From: Scyliorhinus canicula
Taxonomy: Eukaryota
Direction of reading: 5' to 3'
Length of the DNA: 64,000 nt
NCBI RefSeq assembly: GCF_902713615.1
Contig: NW_024055476.1
Span: forward strand, 248,001 to 312,000
Shown here: positions 60,501 through 64,000 of the stretch, piece after piece
Layout: every line of letters begins with the position of its first letter
Numbering within the stretch: the first letter of the stretch is position 1
The notes under the pieces: generated by a model
Databases searched by the model: none
Seen by the model: only the letters and a program-made list of their open reading frames with translations
What the model was told of the DNA's origin: nothing
Position numbers and translations under genes: made by a program

Positions 60501-61898
60501 AGTGGGAAGGTCCTGCGTTTGTTTTATTTTTCCATTGATCGTGGAGGATTCAAATAAACCAGGAGTGGTGTCCAACTCCATCAGAAACCCAGTCCAGGGA
60601 ACGGTCCAATCCGGGGTTTGGTCCAATAATTGAGCAGGGATGACAATCTCTGGTATGTTTGTATCCGGTTTGGGAAACCTGGCCGGCCTGAGTGAATCCT
60701 GTAAATCAGACTGAATGAGAAATGTAACCTCTCCCAAAGGTATCTGAATTATAAACATTTTCCTACCACTGCCATCAAACTGACAGGGCTGTAATTCACA
60801 CTTTTCCCCCCATTCCCCATCTTTAACACTGGAGTTACATTTGCTACTTCCCTCTCTACAATGTTAATCTCTGTGCCCACTCCTCTCCCAACACCCCTAC
60901 CCACCCACTGTCCATTATATTGATGCTGACATTATGTTCAGACAGGGAGATTGATTAACCAGTAATTTCCCGCGTCTCTCCTTTCTCTCTCTGACAGTTA
61001 ATTTACTGGGAATTGTAATTCTGTGTCGGGGGAAGTGTGGTCTCTCTACCTGCACCACTCGCTACCTGGTGGCCATGGCAACGGCGGATCTGCTGTTTAT
61101 TATCACTAACCCCATACTGAACATGATCGATTATTATTATTTCCCCCTGAGTTTCCTGTCGCTCACCCCTGTGTGCCGTGTTAACACTGGTCTGATAGCT
61201 GCAGCCAGGGACTGTTCTGTCTGGTTCACTCTCACTTTTTCCTTTGATCGATTTGTGGCCATTCGCTGCCAGAAACTGAAAACTAAATATTGCACCAGGA
61301 AAACTGCGGCTGTGGTTCTGTCAACAACCGGCCTCCTGCTCTGTGGGAAAAACATCCCCTGGTATTTTATATATAAACCTAGACGGATAATCGACAATGT
61401 CCAGTGGGGCTGTCGGATAAAGAGCAGCTATTGGACTGACCCGGGATGGGTTGGATATTCCTGGTTTGATCAGGTGTTAACCCCATTGATCCCATTCTTC
61501 TCAATCCTGTTGACCAACGCTCTGACAGTCAGACACATTTTACTCACCAGTCGGGTCCGGAAGACACTGAGGGCTCAGAGTCAGGGAGACAATCGCACAG
61601 ACCCAGAGATGGAGAGCAGAAGGAAGTCAATGATTTTACTCTTCAGCATCTCCGGAACTTTCATTCTCCTCTGGACCGTGTACGTTATAAAATTTTCTAT
61701 TTGGATTTGTCATATGTTGATTACCTCACCGATCCTCAATATAATTTACAACAAATTGGATATATGCTGCAGGATTTAAATTGCTGCACAAACACATTTA
61801 TTTATGTGGTGACTCAGTCCAGGTTCAGGGAGGAGATCAAGATAGCGATGAAATATCCGGTTACATCAATTATTAAATTAATGAGTAAATCAAACTGA
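57550..61898 (+). CDS. Two-exon GPR139/GPR142-like GPCR (exon 1 57550-57616, exon 2 60998-61898) with a 1-nt frameshift at about 61693
   Basis: MHNPIYTAEKIFYPIVAIVGVP|VNLLGIVILCRGKCGLS...SFDRFVAI...; a T4 run needs T5 to join DLSY...NCCTNTFIYVVTQSRFREE. Confidence 0.88.
58250..58470 (-). mobile_element. tRNA-derived SINE (second family)
   Basis: Matches 55880-56063; short tandem duplication of its 5' end. Confidence 0.85.
58880..59170 (-). mobile_element. CR1 RT fragment
   Basis: Degenerate SGVPQGSVLG region on the - strand. Confidence 0.65.
59570..60145 (+). mobile_element. Penelope RT fragment
   Basis: Degenerate NPDLVI.AAHKGGAIIVW and KIHKQESPSRPII motifs. Confidence 0.7.
60156..60480 (+). 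mobile_element. V-SINE
   Basis: tRNA head, V core, tail. Confidence 0.85.
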
Positions 61899-62119
61899 CT
61901 GACAGCCTCTCAGCCAATGGGCAGCTCCAGCCGCTGACTGACAGCCTCTCAGCCAATCAGCAGCTCCAGCCGCTGACTAACAGCCTCTCAGCCAATCAGC
62001 AGCTCCAGCCGCTGACTGACAGCCTCTCAGCCAATTATCAACTCCAGCTGCTGACTGATAGCCTCTCATCCAATCAGCAGCTCCAGCCGCTGGCTGACCG
62101 CCTCTCAGCCAATCAACTG
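61896..62119 (+). repeat. 39-bp minisatellite (6 units) starting at the GPCR stop codon
   Basis: tgactgacagcctctcagccaatcagcagctccagccgc at 61896, 61935, 61974, 62013, 62052, 62091. Confidence 0.92.
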
Positions 62120-62239
62120 TGGGAGGGACTGGCTGTGCTGGCTGTGGGGGGCACCGGCAGTGCTGACTGTCGGGGAGGAGCACCTTGTCCAATCGACCCA
62201 ATCTCTCGTCCCAGGACATTTCAGCAACCTCGCTATCAG

Positions 62240-62575
62240 CCGGTTGACCCTCCGCTGCTCTCCCTCTCTGGCAAATATATCCTTTCTCAGTTAGGGAGAC
62301 CAAAATCTGTAAATAGTACTCAAGGTGTTGTCTCACCAAGGCCTTGTATAACTGCAGTAAGACAACTCCCCTTCTGAACTCAAATCCCTCTTGCATTGAA
62401 GGCCAACATATCATTGGCCTTCTGAACTGCTTGCTGCACCCGCCCCCCCACTCTCCACTTTCACTGACTGGTGTACGAGGTCACCCCGATCAGTCTGTCC
62501 CTCCACATATCCCAACATCTCACTGTTTAAATACCACTCTTTCCTTCAGTATATTTTACACCAACCTGTACAACT
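62240..62575 (-). mobile_element. CR1 RT fragment
   Basis: GFEFRRGVVLLQLYKALVRQHLEY motif. Confidence 0.8.
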
Positions 62576-62594
62576 GACAGAAATATCTCAGTGT

Positions 62595-63087
62595 GGGTGA
62601 CACGGGGCACACTGGTTAGCACAGCTGCCTACGGCACTGAGGACACAAGGGCCGATCCGTGAACTGTCATAAAATGACCGCTGTGAACTGTCATAAAATG
62701 GCCACCGTGAACTGACACAAAATGGCTGCCGTGAAGTGACATAAAATGGCCACCGTAAACTGACCTAAAATGGCCGCCAAGAACCGACACAAAATGGCCA
62801 CCGTGACCTGACATAAAACGGCCGCCATGAACTGACATAAAATGGCCGCCATTAATTAACATAAAATGGCCGCCGTGAACTGTCATAAAATGGCCACTGT
62901 GACCTGATATAAAATGGCCACCATTCATTAACATAAAATGGCCGCCATGAACTGACATAAAATGGCCACTGTGAACTGACATAAAATGGCCACCACGAAC
63001 TGACTTAAAATGGCCGCCGTGAACAGACATAAAATGGCCACCGTGAATTGACATAAAATAGCCGCCGTGAACTGGTACAAAATGGTG
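62595..63087 (+). repeat. tRNA-SINE head (62595-62658) followed by 18 x 24-bp repeat (gtgaactgacataaaatggccgcc)
   Basis: A-box-like ggttagcacagctgcct head; period-24 AAAATGG hits from 62671 to 63079. Confidence 0.9.
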
Positions 63088-63142
63088 GGAAACAAGGAGA
63101 AGGTGGATCACACCCCAGATCGTCCAGGAAGGGCATCACGGA

Positions 63143-64000
63143 GGGTGTGCGGGAGAGAGGGGGAAGGGCTCGGCGAGAGAGGGGGTTAGGGAAATGGGGC
63201 TGGGGGGAGAGGGGAAGGGTTAGGGAAAGGGGGGCTGGGGGAGAAAGAAGTGAAGGGTTAGATAAACGGGGTAGGGTTAAGGAAAGGGGGGCTGGGGGAG
63301 AGGGGTAGGGTTAGGGAAAGGGGGGCTGTGGGGATAGGGGAAAGGGTTGGAGAAATGGGGGGGCTGGGGGGAGAGGGGATGGGTTAGGGAAAGGGGGCTA
63401 GGGGAGAGAGGAGAAGGGTTAGGGAAAGGGGGGCTGTGGGAATACGGGGAAGGGTTGGGGAAATGGGGAGGGCTGGGGGAGAGGGGATGGGTTAGGGAAA
63501 GGGGCTAGGGAGAGAGGGGAAGGGTTAGGAAAGGGGGCTGGGGGAGAGAGGGGAAGGGTTAGGAAAAGGGGGCTGGGGTAAAGAGGGGGAGGGTTAAGGA
63601 AAGGGGGTAGGGTGAGAGGGGAAGGTTTAGGGAAAGGGGGCTGGGGAGAGGGGTAGGGTTAGGGAAAGGGGGCTAGGGGGAGAGGGGAAGAGTTAGGGAA
63701 AGGGGGCTAGGAGTAGAGGGGTAGGCTTAGGGAAAGGGGGCTAGGTGTAGAGGGGGTAGGCTTAGGGAAAGGTGGGCTGGGGGAGAGAGGGAAGGGTTAT
63801 GGAAGGGGGCTTGAGGGAGAGAGGGGAAGGGTTAGGGAAAGGGGGCTGGGGGGTGGGAGAGGAGGAAGGTTAGGGAAAGGGGGGCTGCGAGAGAGGGGAA
63901 GGGTTAGGGAAAGGGGGGCTGGGGGAGAGAGAGGGGAAGGGTTAGGGAAAGGGGGGCTGGGGGAGAGAGGGGAAGGGTTAGGGAAGGGGGCCGGGGGGAG
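63143..64000. repeat. G-rich satellite (about 30-36-bp unit containing GGGTTAGGG), runs off the window end
   Basis: Repeated gggttagggaaaggggggctgggggagagaggggaa. Confidence 0.95.

Noticed and set aside
62629-63111. His-rich ORF (VHGGHFMS)n
   Set aside because: Translation of a 24-bp non-coding repeat; no independent evidence of coding
1-64000. CRISPR array or prokaryotic system
   Set aside because: All repeats are head-to-tail without unique spacers; the content is vertebrate (spliceosomal introns, SINEs, RSS)
63143-64000. True telomere
   Set aside because: TTAGGG occurs singly within longer units, not as (TTAGGG)n

Overview
Eukaryotic, repeat-rich vertebrate DNA. HE1/V-SINE-type SINEs, CR1, Tx1/L1 and Penelope elements and a GPR139-like GPCR pair point to a shark (elasmobranch); the species cannot be fixed from sequence alone. 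Layout: (1) 1-9.3 kb, a 2270-bp tandem tRNA array (Val-AAC, Arg-body, Val-TAC; 3 full units plus a partial one) that folds back into an inverted, older copy, with several single-base anticodon switches. (2) 10.3 kb, an intron-containing tRNA-Pro(TGG)-like gene. (3) 12-23.5 kb, an island of T-cell-receptor alpha/delta-type V segments in both orientations with 23-RSS: 3 apparently intact (one with leader and V in a single exon), 2 pseudogenes and relics, plus candidate CTCF sites. No D, J or C segments were seen. (4) 23.6-53.7 kb, a retroelement stack (CR1, Harbinger fragment, near-full Tx1/L1, a GPCR exon) including an internally deleted epsilon-like endogenous retrovirus. The ERV has a Ser PBS, a 2H-phosphoesterase-like domain, an Ig-like env-position remnant and a 150-bp flanking duplication. 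(5) 54.7-64 kb, micro/minisatellites, a two-exon GPCR with a homopolymer frameshift, a YY1-motif array and a G-rich TTAGGG-containing satellite. All calls are by eye; no database search was run.
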